From Candidatus Hydrogenedentota bacterium (GTDB lineage: Bacteria; Hydrogenedentota; Hydrogenedentia; Hydrogenedentales; SLHB01): a stretch of 45,312 nt of DNA. A model generated the notes under the pieces. The model saw nothing but the letters and a program-made list of their open reading frames with translations, ran no database searches and had not been told where the DNA came from. Location: the NCBI GenBank assembly GCA_029974275.1, contig JARKSN010000103.1:1-45312 (forward strand). The letters run 5' to 3'. The translations under genes and the position numbers were made by a program. The first letter of the stretch is position 1, and every line of letters starts with the position of its first letter. Below are positions 27,597-37,975 of this stretch, piece after piece.

Positions 27597-29267
27597 ATGG
27601 CGAAACGCTTCGATCCGAAACAGGCGATGCGGCTTCTTTGCGGAGTCCTGTTTGCTGCGGGGTCAATCGCCGTATTGCTCGCGTTCGCCGAAGGCGCGTT
27701 GCGATGGGCGAAATATGGCTATCCCGCCGCATATTTCCAGGTCAACGTGTTTGAGGGGAAGCAATGGGTTAGCGTGAACGACGCCTTCCTGCTGCGCTTC
27801 TTTCCGCAGGAACGCATCTTCCCTCCGTTCCCCGTGCGTTTCACGGCCCAGAAGCCTCCAAACACATTTCGATGCTTTGTGCTGGGCGGATCATCCGCGA
27901 TGGGATACCCCAGCCCGGAAGGAGGATTTTGGCGGATTCTCGAGGTCATGCTTCAAGAAAAGCATCCCGGAAAGAACATCGAAGTGATCAACTGCGCCAA
28001 TCCCGGCGTGGATTCGCATATGCTGCTTCCCATCGCGCGGGAATGCCGCCGCTATGCCCCTGACCTCTTCATTGTGTACATAGGCAACAACGAATTCTTA
28101 GGCCCCTACGGTCCTTGCGGTCCGGGCGGTCGATTCCCTCCCCCGCTCCCAATCATACGCGCCCAACTCGCGATCAAAACGACGCGGATCGGGCAATTCG
28201 CCATGGGACTCGGCGCGCGTCTCGCCGCGTCAAACGCCGCTTCTCTCAACCCGCTCGCTTTTCAGGGCGCCGCGCCCGACGACCCAAGAGTGGGCGACAT
28301 ATACAAGAACTATGCGCGCAACCTCGACGATATCGTCCGTGCAGGAACGACCTCGGCAGCAAGCGTCGTGTTGGGAACCGCTCCCTCCATTTTCAAGGAC
28401 TGGCCGCCGATGGGATCAGCGCATCGGAACGGGATGACTCTTTCGGATACGCAGAAGTGGGACGAGGCATACGCGGCCGGAGGCGCGGAAGAAGAAAAAG
28501 GTCATTTTGAGTCCGCTTTGCAAGCGTATGAAGTCGCCAGGAAAATAGACGATCGGTTTGCAGAACTGCATTTCCGGATGGGAAATTGCTTTCACGCAAT
28601 CGGAGATTTCCCCCCCGCGCGCAGCAGTCTTCAACGCGCACGCGATCTCGAGTTGTTGCGTTCGAACATGGATGAACGACTCGTCGCCATCACTCGAGAG
28701 ATTGCCGCGCGACATGCGCCTCGGGACGTCATGTTCGTGGACGTTCCCGCGTCCGTTGAACCACAAGGACCAAACGGATTCATCGACCATTCTCTGGCAT
28801 ACGACAACGCCCACTTTACCTTTGACGGCAACTACTGGATAGCAGCGGCATTCGCCCCGGCGATAGCGGATATCGCCGAGCGGCGCCTGAACGGCGCACC
28901 GGGCCGCAACCAGGCATTCCCAGGGCCAGAGGCTTGCCGAAAAGCCTTGGCGTGGACGACGTGGCATGACTGGAAGACGCGAAAATCCGTGGCGGAAAGC
29001 ATCCGGAAAGCGGCGGCGGCGCTCCGCGTAGAGAGCGCCGCCCCCACGGGCCTCTCCATCCAGCCGCTGCAACGGCTTCTCCTGACCGACACCCCCCCTC
29101 TTCCCGCCGAGGAGTTGCGCCGTTGCATCGCGGAGGTGAAGGCCTACCTTGATCGTGTTCCCTCCGACGGTCTGCAGCGCAGCAATCTAGCCTTGATGGA
29201 ACAAGAATTGGCGCAAGCCCCGCCGTCGAATCACGGAGAAACCCCGATCCCGCTCTCCACGCAATAG
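27597..29267 (+). CDS. membrane-anchored SGNH/GDSL-like hydrolase with TPR insert (paralog 2)
   Basis: AEGALRW TM anchor, VLGGSS, NPG, GNNE, TPR segment, DNAH; colinear with the 23476-25185 protein. Confidence 0.8.
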   Translation: MAKRFDPKQAMRLLCGVLFAAGSIAVLLAFAEGALRWAKYGYPAAYFQVNVFEGKQWVSVNDAFLLRFFPQERIFPPFPVRFTAQKPPNTFRCFVLGGSSAMGYPSPEGGFWRILEVMLQEKHPGKNIEVINCANPGVDSHMLLPIARECRRYAPDLFIVYIGNNEFLGPYGPCGPGGRFPPPLPIIRAQLAIKTTRIGQFAMGLGARLAASNAASLNPLAFQGAAPDDPRVGDIYKNYARNLDDIVRAGTTSAASVVLGTAPSIFKDWPPMGSAHRNGMTLSDTQKWDEAYAAGGAEEEKGHFESALQAYEVARKIDDRFAELHFRMGNCFHAIGDFPPARSSLQRARDLELLRSNMDERLVAITREIAARHAPRDVMFVDVPASVEPQGPNGFIDHSLAYDNAHFTFDGNYWIAAAFAPAIADIAERRLNGAPGRNQAFPGPEACRKALAWTTWHDWKTRKSVAESIRKAAAALRVESAAPTGLSIQPLQRLLLTDTPPLPAEELRRCIAEVKAYLDRVPSDGLQRSNLALMEQELAQAPPSNHGETPIPLSTQ

Positions 29268-29278
29268 GCGCGATTTTT

Positions 29279-30481
29279 TCAACGTGAAAGCGACGGCGTG
29301 GCGAGTTTGACGTGTTTGCCGAGTTTCATGGACTTGGCCGAGCGAACAGACTCGAAGCCGTGGCGTTCGCGGATGCGATCGACGCTTTCGAGGGCATGTT
29401 CCCACTTCTCGGCGCTTTGGCCATCGAAGAGCAGGAGTTGGTGCTGGTCTGCGCTCAGCGAGGACAGGCTAACCCCGATGAGCCGCACGCGGGCGCGCCG
29501 TGTCCGCGCCTTGGGCAGAAGCTTGTGCAACGCGGCGGTCACTTCCGCATCCACGCAAGTGGATGAAGGCAGCATCTTCGAGAAAGTCGAGGTCTTGAAG
29601 TCGGCATAGCGAACCTTCAGCGTCACGCAACGCGTCTCCAACCCCTGTTTGCGCATCGCAAACATCGACCGCTCCATCAGGTGCATCAACACGCTCTCGA
29701 CGCGGTCCCAGTCCAGCAGATCCACCTCGAACGTCGTCTCGCGGCCTATCGACTTCGGCGTGTGTTCTAGCCTCACCTCGCTGTTCGACTCGCCCCGCGC
29801 CGCACACCGCAACGCGCGCCCCAGTTGGCCGAACTTCTTCATCAACCGCTCCTCGGAAAACGCAGCCAACTGGCCGATGGTCGCAATCCCGAGCGCTTCA
29901 AGCGCCTCCCCCGTGCGCGGCCCGACCCCCAACAACCTGCGCAAGGGCAACGGCGCGAGAAACGCCTCCTCCTCGCCCGTCGCCACGCGCAGATACCCGT
30001 CAGGCTTCGCCAGTTCCGTCGCGATTTTCGCCACAAGCTTGTTGGACGCGATGGCAATCGAGCAGGGAAGCTGCGTGCGGCGGCGGACTTCCCGCTTGAT
30101 GTGCGCCGCGATGCCGTCGTCGCCGCCAAACAATTTCTGCGAGCCCGACACATCGACGTACGCCTCGTCGATCGACGCCATCTCGACCAACGGCGAGACG
30201 GTCCGGAGCGCGGCCAACACCTCTTCCGACGCCGCCTGATAACGACTGAAGTCGCCGCGCATGAATATGCCGTGCGGACACAGCCGAACCGCATGCGCCA
30301 GCGGCATCGCGGAATGCACCCCAAATTTCCGCGCCTCGTACGACGCCGTCGACACCACCCCGCGCACGTCGCCCTTGCGCCCGCCAATAATCAGCGGCTT
30401 GCCCCGCAACGACGGATCGCGCACCACCTCCACCGACGCGAAAAAAGCATCCATATCGATATGTAGAATGCGGCGCTCCAT
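29279..30481 (-). CDS. dinB: DNA polymerase IV (Y family)
   Basis: ILHIDMDAFFASVE, STASYEARKFG, SIDEAYVD, KLVAKIA, KPDG, KSIGRETTF; start reassigned to ATG 30481. Confidence 0.96.
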   Translation of the reverse strand: MERRILHIDMDAFFASVEVVRDPSLRGKPLIIGGRKGDVRGVVSTASYEARKFGVHSAMPLAHAVRLCPHGIFMRGDFSRYQAASEEVLAALRTVSPLVEMASIDEAYVDVSGSQKLFGGDDGIAAHIKREVRRRTQLPCSIAIASNKLVAKIATELAKPDGYLRVATGEEEAFLAPLPLRRLLGVGPRTGEALEALGIATIGQLAAFSEERLMKKFGQLGRALRCAARGESNSEVRLEHTPKSIGRETTFEVDLLDWDRVESVLMHLMERSMFAMRKQGLETRCVTLKVRYADFKTSTFSKMLPSSTCVDAEVTAALHKLLPKARTRRARVRLIGVSLSSLSADQHQLLLFDGQSAEKWEHALESVDRIRERHGFESVRSAKSMKLGKHVKLATPSLSR

Positions 30482-30508
30482 GATAAAGCTGAAATCCTTT
30501 TCAGGTAT

Positions 30509-30537
30509 AGTATGCGCCGCCATCGCGCGGCTGTCAA
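30509..30537 (-). promoter_or_regulatory. sigma70-type promoter for dinB
   Basis: Minus strand TTGACA-17 nt-CATACT. Confidence 0.7.
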
Positions 30538-30605
30538 GCCCCGGCCCACAGCCGGAATCGCACCCAAAGCACATGAAAGCGTGTTGGAAATACCTGGCGC
30601 CAGTT

Positions 30606-30634
30606 TTGATAGGCGTTCCGCGGCATGGTACAAT
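30606..30634 (+). promoter_or_regulatory. sigma70-type promoter for nadA
   Basis: TTGATA-17 nt-TACAAT with a TGn extension; divergent from the dinB promoter. Confidence 0.75.
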
Positions 30635-30640
30635 GGCTCT

Positions 30641-30723
30641 TTAGCGTCCCCAACGTAGTTGGACCAGGAAAAGGGCATGTCGCCCACTTCCGGCCGACAC
30701 ACCATAAGGACATTCGCCCCATC
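30641..30723 (+). promoter_or_regulatory. structured nadA 5' leader, candidate cis-regulatory RNA
   Basis: Two stem-loops, and a loop (ATGTC) complementary to GACAT overlapping the AAGGA SD; see findings. Confidence 0.4.
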
Positions 30724-31809
30724 ATGTTGAACACAGAAACGGTTCAGTCGGCCCCCACGCTTGCAGCCACCCGTCAGCGCATGCACGAGCGACTCAAAGG
30801 CATTGTTCCGCCCTTCGAGATCGACTTGAAAGCCGAAATCGCCTTCCAGATCAATCGGTTGAAGCGCGAGAAAAACGCGGTCATCCTGGGCCACAACTAC
30901 ATGGAACCCGCCTTGTTTCATTCCGTGCCGGATTACGTCGGCGATTCGCTCGAATTGTCCCGTATCTCCGCGCAGACCGAAGCGGATATCATTGTCTTCT
31001 GCGGCGTGCAATTCATGGCGGAGACCGCCAAGATTCTCAATCCGGACAAAACCGTGCTCATCCCCGCGCTTGAAGCAGGCTGCTCGCTTGCCGCGGGCAT
31101 TAGCGTCGAGGACGTGTTGCGCCTCAAACGGCGCTATCCTGGCGTCCCCGTAGTCAGCTACGTCAATACCTACGCCGACGTGAAGGCTGTTTCCGATTAC
31201 TGCTGCACAAGCGGCAACGCGGACAAGGTGGTTCGGCATATCTTGGACCAAGGCCACAAGACGGTCATTTTTCTGCCGGACGAATACCTCGCGCGGAACA
31301 CCGCGCTGGAAATAGGGGCGCCTATCACGACGCCAGAGCGTGACGCGGACGGCAAGCCGGTGATTCCCGAAGGCGTAGAGATTCCCGAAGGCATCATCGG
31401 CTGGACATCGCGTTGCGAAGTGCATGAACAATTCACCGTGCAAGACGTCCAGAACGTGCGCAAGCAATTTCCGGACGTCGTCATCATCGCGCACCCGGAA
31501 TGCAGCCCGGAGGTGGTGGAGCAGTGCGACTTTGCCGGCAGCACCAAGCAAATGGTCGAGTATGTGCGGCGGCTGGACGCCCAGCGCTATCTGTTGCTGA
31601 CCGAATGCAGCATGGCCGATAACATCGCCGCGGAAAATCCCGACAAGGAAATGCTGCGGCTGTGCAGTATTCGCTGCCCCTACATGGGCCTCATCACGCT
31701 CGAAGACACCTTGGCCGCCCTGGAGAATCTTCAGTATGAGATCGTGTTGCCCGCCGATACCATCATGAAAGCGCGCACGGCCATCGATCACATGATCTCG
31801 ATTCATTAG
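30724..31809 (+). CDS. nadA: quinolinate synthase
   Basis: ILGHNYM, VGDSLEL, FCGVQFMAETAKILNP, AGCSLA, YVNT, CCTSGNA, CEVH, AHPEC, GST, CPYM; start reassigned to ATG 30724. Confidence 0.96.
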   Translation: MLNTETVQSAPTLAATRQRMHERLKGIVPPFEIDLKAEIAFQINRLKREKNAVILGHNYMEPALFHSVPDYVGDSLELSRISAQTEADIIVFCGVQFMAETAKILNPDKTVLIPALEAGCSLAAGISVEDVLRLKRRYPGVPVVSYVNTYADVKAVSDYCCTSGNADKVVRHILDQGHKTVIFLPDEYLARNTALEIGAPITTPERDADGKPVIPEGVEIPEGIIGWTSRCEVHEQFTVQDVQNVRKQFPDVVIIAHPECSPEVVEQCDFAGSTKQMVEYVRRLDAQRYLLLTECSMADNIAAENPDKEMLRLCSIRCPYMGLITLEDTLAALENLQYEIVLPADTIMKARTAIDHMISIH

Positions 31810-31894
31810 AAGAACGCCCCTCGGCGATGTTTCCATCTTCGCGTTCCGATAGAGATGAAGCCACCCTCGACAATGTGGCGCATGGGGAAGACGC

Positions 31895-34882
31895 ATGAAC
31901 ATCCTACACAACGCTCCCGGGTTCTTGCTGGCGGCGCTCCTTACAGGGACCGCCATTTCCGCGTGGGCGGCGGAAGACGCCATCCCCTATTCGGTCGCCG
32001 CATGGCCGGGCGAATGGGGCAATCACCGGGCAGTGGTGCGAGCAGACGATCCGGCGTCCGCCGTGTGGGCGCATATTCCGTGGCGCAGGCACGATCCGTC
32101 GCCGTGGCTCAAAGACGTGATTGTGGTCGATCTGGCGACGGGCCAACGCATCCGCAACGTCGTGCGCTTGGCCGTCAATCGCGAATACGGCGACATCGCG
32201 TTTCAGCCGGCGACAGTTCCCGGCGAGTACGGCGTCTACTACATGCCCTGCACCCACACAAAGCCCGATTACATCCATTTTGCCGTCTACAACCCTCCAA
32301 GCGACACGGCGGACCCCGCCTGGCTCCAACGCAACGCGCTTGACGCCGCCAACGTCGGCAAGGAAACCTGGCGCGCGTTCCCTCAAGCCGCGGTAGTCGC
32401 GTTCCAGGCGCGCAGCGAGTTCGACCGCTTTGATCCGATGGAACTCGCCGCCACGGCGGACGAGATCAAGCGCCTGCTGGATGCGCATGCGGAGTCCTAT
32501 CTCGTGTTCCCCGAAGACCGCGCCTATCCGGTCCGCATGACGAACGATCTTCCAAGCCGCTGGATCGCGAGCGGCCCGCAGCCAGCATTCCGCGGCGAAG
32601 CGGACCGTGGCGAGTGCTACGCGCTTCAACTCGGTATCTACGCGGCCCGGCAAGCGATCAGCACGCTCACCGTGACGTTCTCCGATCTGCGCTCGCATGA
32701 CGGCGCGACGATCCCCGCGTCGGCGATGCGTTGCATCAACCTCGGCGGACGCGATTGTCTTGGGCGGCCGTTTACGCGCACGTTCTCGGTGCGCCAAGGC
32801 GCCGTAAAACCCTTGTGGTGCCTTATCGACGTGCCCGAGTTCGCCAAGAGCGGCCGCTACGAAGGCGAGATTCTCGTTTCGCCCGAAGGAGCCGAACCTG
32901 CCCGCATCGCATTGGCCTTGGAAGTCTCAAACGTCGTCGCAGTCAATCACGGCGACGACGATCCCGCAAACATGTCGCGCCTGCGCTGGCTGAACTCCAA
33001 CATCGGCATGAACGACGAGGTTGTGGCGCCATACGCGCCGCTGCAACTCGGAGACCGCGCGGTTTCCTGTCTGGGCCGCACGGTCACCGTCTCGGAGGAT
33101 GGCCTCCTCGCGCAGGCCCGCGCAGGCGCGCACGATCTGCTGGCCGAACCCATGCGATTCATCATCGAAACCGACGCCGGACCGGTCGAACTGACGGGGC
33201 CTCGCGTCGTGACGCGTCGTCAAGGACCGGGGGTGGCGACATGGGGCACAACGCTGACGAGCGGTCCGTTCGCAGTGTCCGTCCACGCGAAGATGGAGTT
33301 CGACGGCTACATCGGCTACGCGATCACCGTGCGGGCAAGCGAGACGACCTCCGTGAAAGACATCCGCATCGAGATCCCATATCGCGGCGATGCGGTCCCC
33401 TACATGATGGGCATGGGCCGCAAAGGCGGCGATCGTCCGTCCGAATGGGAATGGCGATGGGACAGCCGCCACGCAAACAACAGCGTGTGGCTTGGGGGCG
33501 TTTCCGCAGGAATGCGGTGCAAGCTGAAAGATGCAAAGGATACATGGGAAACCTATTCTCTTTCGAATTCGCCCGCATCCTGGGCGAATGAGGGACAGGG
33601 CGGCTGCACGATCGCCGACGAAGATGGCGTTGTGTTGCTGAAGGCCTTCAGCGGACCGCGCACGATCGAGCCTGGAATGGAACTGCCTTTTCGGTTCGGG
33701 CTCTTAATCACCCCCCTCAAACCGCTCGACAACCGGCATTGGTCCCAACGGTATATCCAGCCGGGCGTCCCCTCCATCGCTTCGATCGACGAAGTCATCG
33801 CCCAGGGAGCCAACATCGTCAACGTACACCAAGGGAATGCCCTGAACCCCTATATCAACTACCCATTCCTGACCGTGGACAAATTGAAACCCTACGTCGA
33901 CGAGGCCCACGCAAAGGGCGCCAACGTGAAGATTTACTACACCGTGCGCGAATTGACGAATCGCGCGCGCGAAATATGGGCGCTGCGCAGCCTCGACGAC
34001 GAAGTCTACGTGCACGGCGGCGGCGGCGGATATTCATGGATGCAAGAACACCTGGTGACCGGCTATGTGCCTGCGTGGCACGAACCGAACTTGCCGAACG
34101 GCGAGGTCGATGGCTCCATCGCGACGCAGGGCCTGTCGCGCTGGCACAATTACTATCTCGAAGGCATGGCGTGGCTCATGAAGAACGTCGGCATCGACGG
34201 ACTCTACCTCGACGGCATCGGCTACGACCGCGAGATCATGAAACGCCTGCGCAAGGTGATGGAAACCGCCCGTCCGGGATCGCTCATCGACTTCCACTCC
34301 GGCAACAACTTCTCCCCCGAATACGGACTGTCCAGTCCGATGAACCAATACATGGAGCACCTGCCCTACATCGACAGCCTCTGGTTCGGCGAACTCTACG
34401 ACTATGACGAAACGCCGGATTATTGGCTGGTCGAAATCTCCGGGATACCGTTTGGACTGTACGGAGAAATGCTCCAAGGCGGCGGCAATCCATATCGCGG
34501 CATGATCTACGGCATGACGAGTCGTCTCGGATGGCAGGGCAATCCGGGCCCCATTTGGAAACTATGGAACGACTTCGGCATCGACAAGGCGCGCATGGAA
34601 GGCTACTGGAGTCCCGCCTGTCCCGTAACGACAGATAACGAGAACGTGCTGGCCACGGCCTATGTGCGGCCCAAACAAACGCTCATCGTTGTGGCGAGTT
34701 GGGCCAAGGACCCCGTGCCGATCAAACTCGTCATCGACTGGAAAGCGCTCGGCTTGCGTCCCGCCCACGCCAAACTCATCGCCCCGAGGATGGAAACGTT
34801 GCAAGACGAAGCAGTTTTTGCGCCCACCGATTCCATATCCGTCTCCCCCGGAAAAGGATGGTTCCTTCTCCTAAGCGAATGA
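31895..34882 (+). CDS. secreted putative glycoside hydrolase, DUF6067-like (995 aa)
   Basis: Signal peptide; GNHRAVV..IPWRR N-terminus; LRWLNS; NPYINYPF; KIYYTVREL; GIDGLYLDG barrel-like core. Family assigned from recalled motifs, not a search. Confidence 0.72.
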   Translation: MNILHNAPGFLLAALLTGTAISAWAAEDAIPYSVAAWPGEWGNHRAVVRADDPASAVWAHIPWRRHDPSPWLKDVIVVDLATGQRIRNVVRLAVNREYGDIAFQPATVPGEYGVYYMPCTHTKPDYIHFAVYNPPSDTADPAWLQRNALDAANVGKETWRAFPQAAVVAFQARSEFDRFDPMELAATADEIKRLLDAHAESYLVFPEDRAYPVRMTNDLPSRWIASGPQPAFRGEADRGECYALQLGIYAARQAISTLTVTFSDLRSHDGATIPASAMRCINLGGRDCLGRPFTRTFSVRQGAVKPLWCLIDVPEFAKSGRYEGEILVSPEGAEPARIALALEVSNVVAVNHGDDDPANMSRLRWLNSNIGMNDEVVAPYAPLQLGDRAVSCLGRTVTVSEDGLLAQARAGAHDLLAEPMRFIIETDAGPVELTGPRVVTRRQGPGVATWGTTLTSGPFAVSVHAKMEFDGYIGYAITVRASETTSVKDIRIEIPYRGDAVPYMMGMGRKGGDRPSEWEWRWDSRHANNSVWLGGVSAGMRCKLKDAKDTWETYSLSNSPASWANEGQGGCTIADEDGVVLLKAFSGPRTIEPGMELPFRFGLLITPLKPLDNRHWSQRYIQPGVPSIASIDEVIAQGANIVNVHQGNALNPYINYPFLTVDKLKPYVDEAHAKGANVKIYYTVRELTNRAREIWALRSLDDEVYVHGGGGGYSWMQEHLVTGYVPAWHEPNLPNGEVDGSIATQGLSRWHNYYLEGMAWLMKNVGIDGLYLDGIGYDREIMKRLRKVMETARPGSLIDFHSGNNFSPEYGLSSPMNQYMEHLPYIDSLWFGELYDYDETPDYWLVEISGIPFGLYGEMLQGGGNPYRGMIYGMTSRLGWQGNPGPIWKLWNDFGIDKARMEGYWSPACPVTTDNENVLATAYVRPKQTLIVVASWAKDPVPIKLVIDWKALGLRPAHAKLIAPRMETLQDEAVFAPTDSISVSPGKGWFLLLSE

Positions 34883-34912
34883 TGCCCCGGCGCCCACTCG
34901 CCGCGTGCGAAA

Positions 34913-37822
34913 TCACGAACCGAGTCTTCGTGCCTTCAGCGCCATCTTGAGGTATTGGCCCGTATACGAATCCTTCGCCCTGCTTACCTGTTCCGGCGTT
35001 CCCTCGGCGACAATCCGCCCCCCGCGATCCCCCCCATCGGGGCCAAGGTCGACGATCCAGTCGGCGGTGCGGATCACGTCAAGATTGTGTTCGATGACAA
35101 GCACCGAATTGCCGTTGTCCACAAGCCGGTGCAGCATGCGCAACAACTTGTCGATGTCGACGGCGTGCAGGCCGGTCGTGGGCTCGTCGAGGATATACAA
35201 CGTGCGACCGGTCTGCCGTTTCGACAGCTCCGTGGCCAGCTTGACGCGTTGCGCCTCTCCCCCGGACAAGGTCGTCGCGGATTGACCCAATCGAATGTAA
35301 CCAAGACCGACGTCGTTCAAGGTTTGCAATTTTCCTGAGACCATGGGGATATTCTTGAAAAACTCGCATCCTTCCTCGACGGTCATGTCGAGGGTTTCGG
35401 CGATGGTCTTGCCCTTGAACCGCACCTCCAACGTATCGCGATTGTAGCGCGCGCCTTTGCAGTCCTCGCACGGCACATACACGTCCGGCAGGAAATGCAT
35501 CTCGATCTTGATGACCCCATCCCCCTCGCACGTCTCGCACCGTCCGCCCTTGACGTTGAAACTGAAGCGCCCGGGCTTGTACCCGCGTGCACGCGCTTCA
35601 GGCGTGCGCGAAAAGATATCGCGGATCGGCGTGAACAACCCGGTGTATGTCGCGGGATTCGAACGCGGCGTGCGCCCAATCGGCGACTGATCAATATCGA
35701 TGACCTTGTCGATGTGCTTGAGGCCCTCGATGGACTTGTGTTTGCCAGGGCGCGGGCGCGTCGTGCCGTACACGGCCTTCATCGCCGCGGGGAACAGCGT
35801 CTCGTTGATAAGGCTCGACTTTCCCGAACCGCTGACACCGGTCACGCACACGAACACGCCGAGCGGCAACGTCACGTCGATGTTCTGAAGATTGTTGTGC
35901 TGCGCGCCATGAATGACGATGGACTTGCCGTTCGGTTTGCGCCGCGTTTCCGGACAAAAAACCTGGAACGCGCCGGTAAGGTATTGACCCGTGAAGGATT
36001 CCCGGTTCGCCATGATCGCTTCCGGCGGGCCTTCGGCAACCACCCGTCCCCCGTGCACGCCCGCGCCTGGCCCGAGATCGAGCACATAATCCGCCGCGCG
36101 AATGGTCTCTTCGTCGTGTTCGACGACGATCACCGTGTTGCCGAGATCGCGGAGGCGGTCAAGCGTGACGATGAGTTTCTTGTTGTCGCGTTGATGCAGG
36201 CCGATGCTGGGCTCATCGAGCACGTAGAGCACGCCAGTCAGCCCAGAACCGATCTGCGTCGCGAGGCGGATGCGTTGCGACTCGCCGCCAGACAACGTTC
36301 CCGCGTTGCGGTCGAGTGAAAGGTAATCAAGGCCGACGTTGACCAGAAAGCCCAAGCGTTCGCGGATTTCCTTGAGAATGCGCACGGCGATGAGTTGCTG
36401 GGTTTCGGTAAGCTGGAGCGATTGGAAAAATTCGAGCGCCTCGCGAATGGACATGCCCGTCACGTCCATGATGTTCTGCTTGCCGACAAGCACCGATCGC
36501 GATTCGGGCCGCAGCCGTGCGCCTTTGCAGACAGAGCACGTTTTCGTCGCCATGAACTCCGCGAAGGTATCGCGCACCCAGTTCGACTCCGTGTCTTTCA
36601 TGCGACGCGTGATGTTCGGAATGACGCCCTCGAACGCGCGCAGCCACTCTCCCCCGCCGCGCTCGTTACCGTAGGAAAAATCGACGATAGCTTCGGTGCC
36701 GTAGAGGATTGCTTGTTGGAGGTTCTCCGACAGATCGCACCAGGGCGTGTGTTCGCCCTCTTCGAAATGATGACACAGACTGCGCAAGGCGCGACGATAA
36801 GGGCCATCGAGCACCCTGTGGATGTTCCACGGCTTGATCGCGCCTTGCGCAATCGAAAGGTTCGCATCGGGCACGACCAGATCGACGTCGACTTCCATCG
36901 TCGTGCCGAGGCCGGTGCATTCGGGGCAGGCGCCGTGGGGGTTATTGAACGAGAACATGCGCGGCGCGAGTTCCTCAAAGCTGATGCCGCAGTCGACGCA
37001 CGCGAAATGCTCGCTCTGCAACACCTCGCGCGACGTCCCGTCGGGCAAGTCCATCGCGATGCGGATGATCCCGTCCGCCAACGTTAAGCTCGTCTCGACG
37101 GAATCGGTCACGCGCGTTTGCAAACCGCTCTTGATCACGATGCGATCGACCACGACGTCGATGTCGTGCTTCACGTAGCGTTCCAACTCAATAGTGTCTT
37201 CGACGCTGTAGACCTTGCCATCAACGCGCACGCGCACGAACCCGCGGCGCTTCACGTCGTCGATGGCCTTCTGATACGTGCCCTTGCGCTGCCGCACGAT
37301 CGGCGCGAGAATCTGCACCTTCGCGCCTTCCGGCAACGCGAGGATCGAGTCGACGATGGCCTGCGGCGTCTGCGATTGGATGGGTTTGCCGCATTTGTGG
37401 CAGTGCGGCGTTCCCACGCGCGCGAACAACAGGCGCAGGTAATCGTAGACTTCCGTGACCGTGCCGACCGTCGATCGCGGGTTGCGATGCGTGGTCTTTT
37501 GCTCGATGGAGATGGCCGGGCTCAGGCCTTCGATGAGGTCGACATCCGGCTTCTCCATCATTTCCAGAAACTGCCGCGCATACGCCGACAAACTCTCGAC
37601 GTAGCGCCGTTGCCCCTCGGCGTAGATCGTGTCGAACGCGAGACTCGACTTGCCCGACCCGCTCAAGCCCGTAATCACCACCAGCTTGTTGCGCGGGATG
37701 GTGACGTTCAGGTTCTGCAAATTGTGCTCGCGCGCGCCCTTGATGACGATGCAATCATGCAACGACGGCGGCGCGCCGTTCGCGCCCGTCGATTTTGTCT
37801 TGGAACGTGTTTTCGCTTGCAT
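34913..37822 (-). CDS. uvrA: excinuclease ABC subunit A
   Basis: [21 protein letters not shown], zinc fingers, [42 protein letters not shown]; start about ATG 37822. Confidence 0.98.
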   Translation of the reverse strand: MQAKTRSKTKSTGANGAPPSLHDCIVIKGAREHNLQNLNVTIPRNKLVVITGLSGSGKSSLAFDTIYAEGQRRYVESLSAYARQFLEMMEKPDVDLIEGLSPAISIEQKTTHRNPRSTVGTVTEVYDYLRLLFARVGTPHCHKCGKPIQSQTPQAIVDSILALPEGAKVQILAPIVRQRKGTYQKAIDDVKRRGFVRVRVDGKVYSVEDTIELERYVKHDIDVVVDRIVIKSGLQTRVTDSVETSLTLADGIIRIAMDLPDGTSREVLQSEHFACVDCGISFEELAPRMFSFNNPHGACPECTGLGTTMEVDVDLVVPDANLSIAQGAIKPWNIHRVLDGPYRRALRSLCHHFEEGEHTPWCDLSENLQQAILYGTEAIVDFSYGNERGGGEWLRAFEGVIPNITRRMKDTESNWVRDTFAEFMATKTCSVCKGARLRPESRSVLVGKQNIMDVTGMSIREALEFFQSLQLTETQQLIAVRILKEIRERLGFLVNVGLDYLSLDRNAGTLSGGESQRIRLATQIGSGLTGVLYVLDEPSIGLHQRDNKKLIVTLDRLRDLGNTVIVVEHDEETIRAADYVLDLGPGAGVHGGRVVAEGPPEAIMANRESFTGQYLTGAFQVFCPETRRKPNGKSIVIHGAQHNNLQNIDVTLPLGVFVCVTGVSGSGKSSLINETLFPAAMKAVYGTTRPRPGKHKSIEGLKHIDKVIDIDQSPIGRTPRSNPATYTGLFTPIRDIFSRTPEARARGYKPGRFSFNVKGGRCETCEGDGVIKIEMHFLPDVYVPCEDCKGARYNRDTLEVRFKGKTIAETLDMTVEEGCEFFKNIPMVSGKLQTLNDVGLGYIRLGQSATTLSGGEAQRVKLATELSKRQTGRTLYILDEPTTGLHAVDIDKLLRMLHRLVDNGNSVLVIEHNLDVIRTADWIVDLGPDGGDRGGRIVAEGTPEQVSRAKDSYTGQYLKMALKARRLGS

Positions 37823-37886
37823 ATCCGAATCCTGAGAAAGATGGGGCGTAAGACATATCTTCGCTGGCAACATAAAGACTGGCTAC

Positions 37887-37915
37887 ATTATGCCTGAGAG
37901 AACGGCCAACGTCAC
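37887..37915 (-). promoter_or_regulatory. sigma70-type promoter for uvrA
   Basis: Minus strand GTGACG-17 nt-CATAAT. Confidence 0.5.
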
Positions 37916-37975
37916 GCAGGCTGCGGCCCGTTCCGCCGGAATCGTGGGTTTGAGAAATAGCCTCCGCAACGGCCC

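Noticed and set aside
25248..37822. recD2, dinB and uvrA as a repair or defence island
   Set aside because: They are ordinary housekeeping genes with separate promoters, interleaved with unrelated genes, with no mobility markers.
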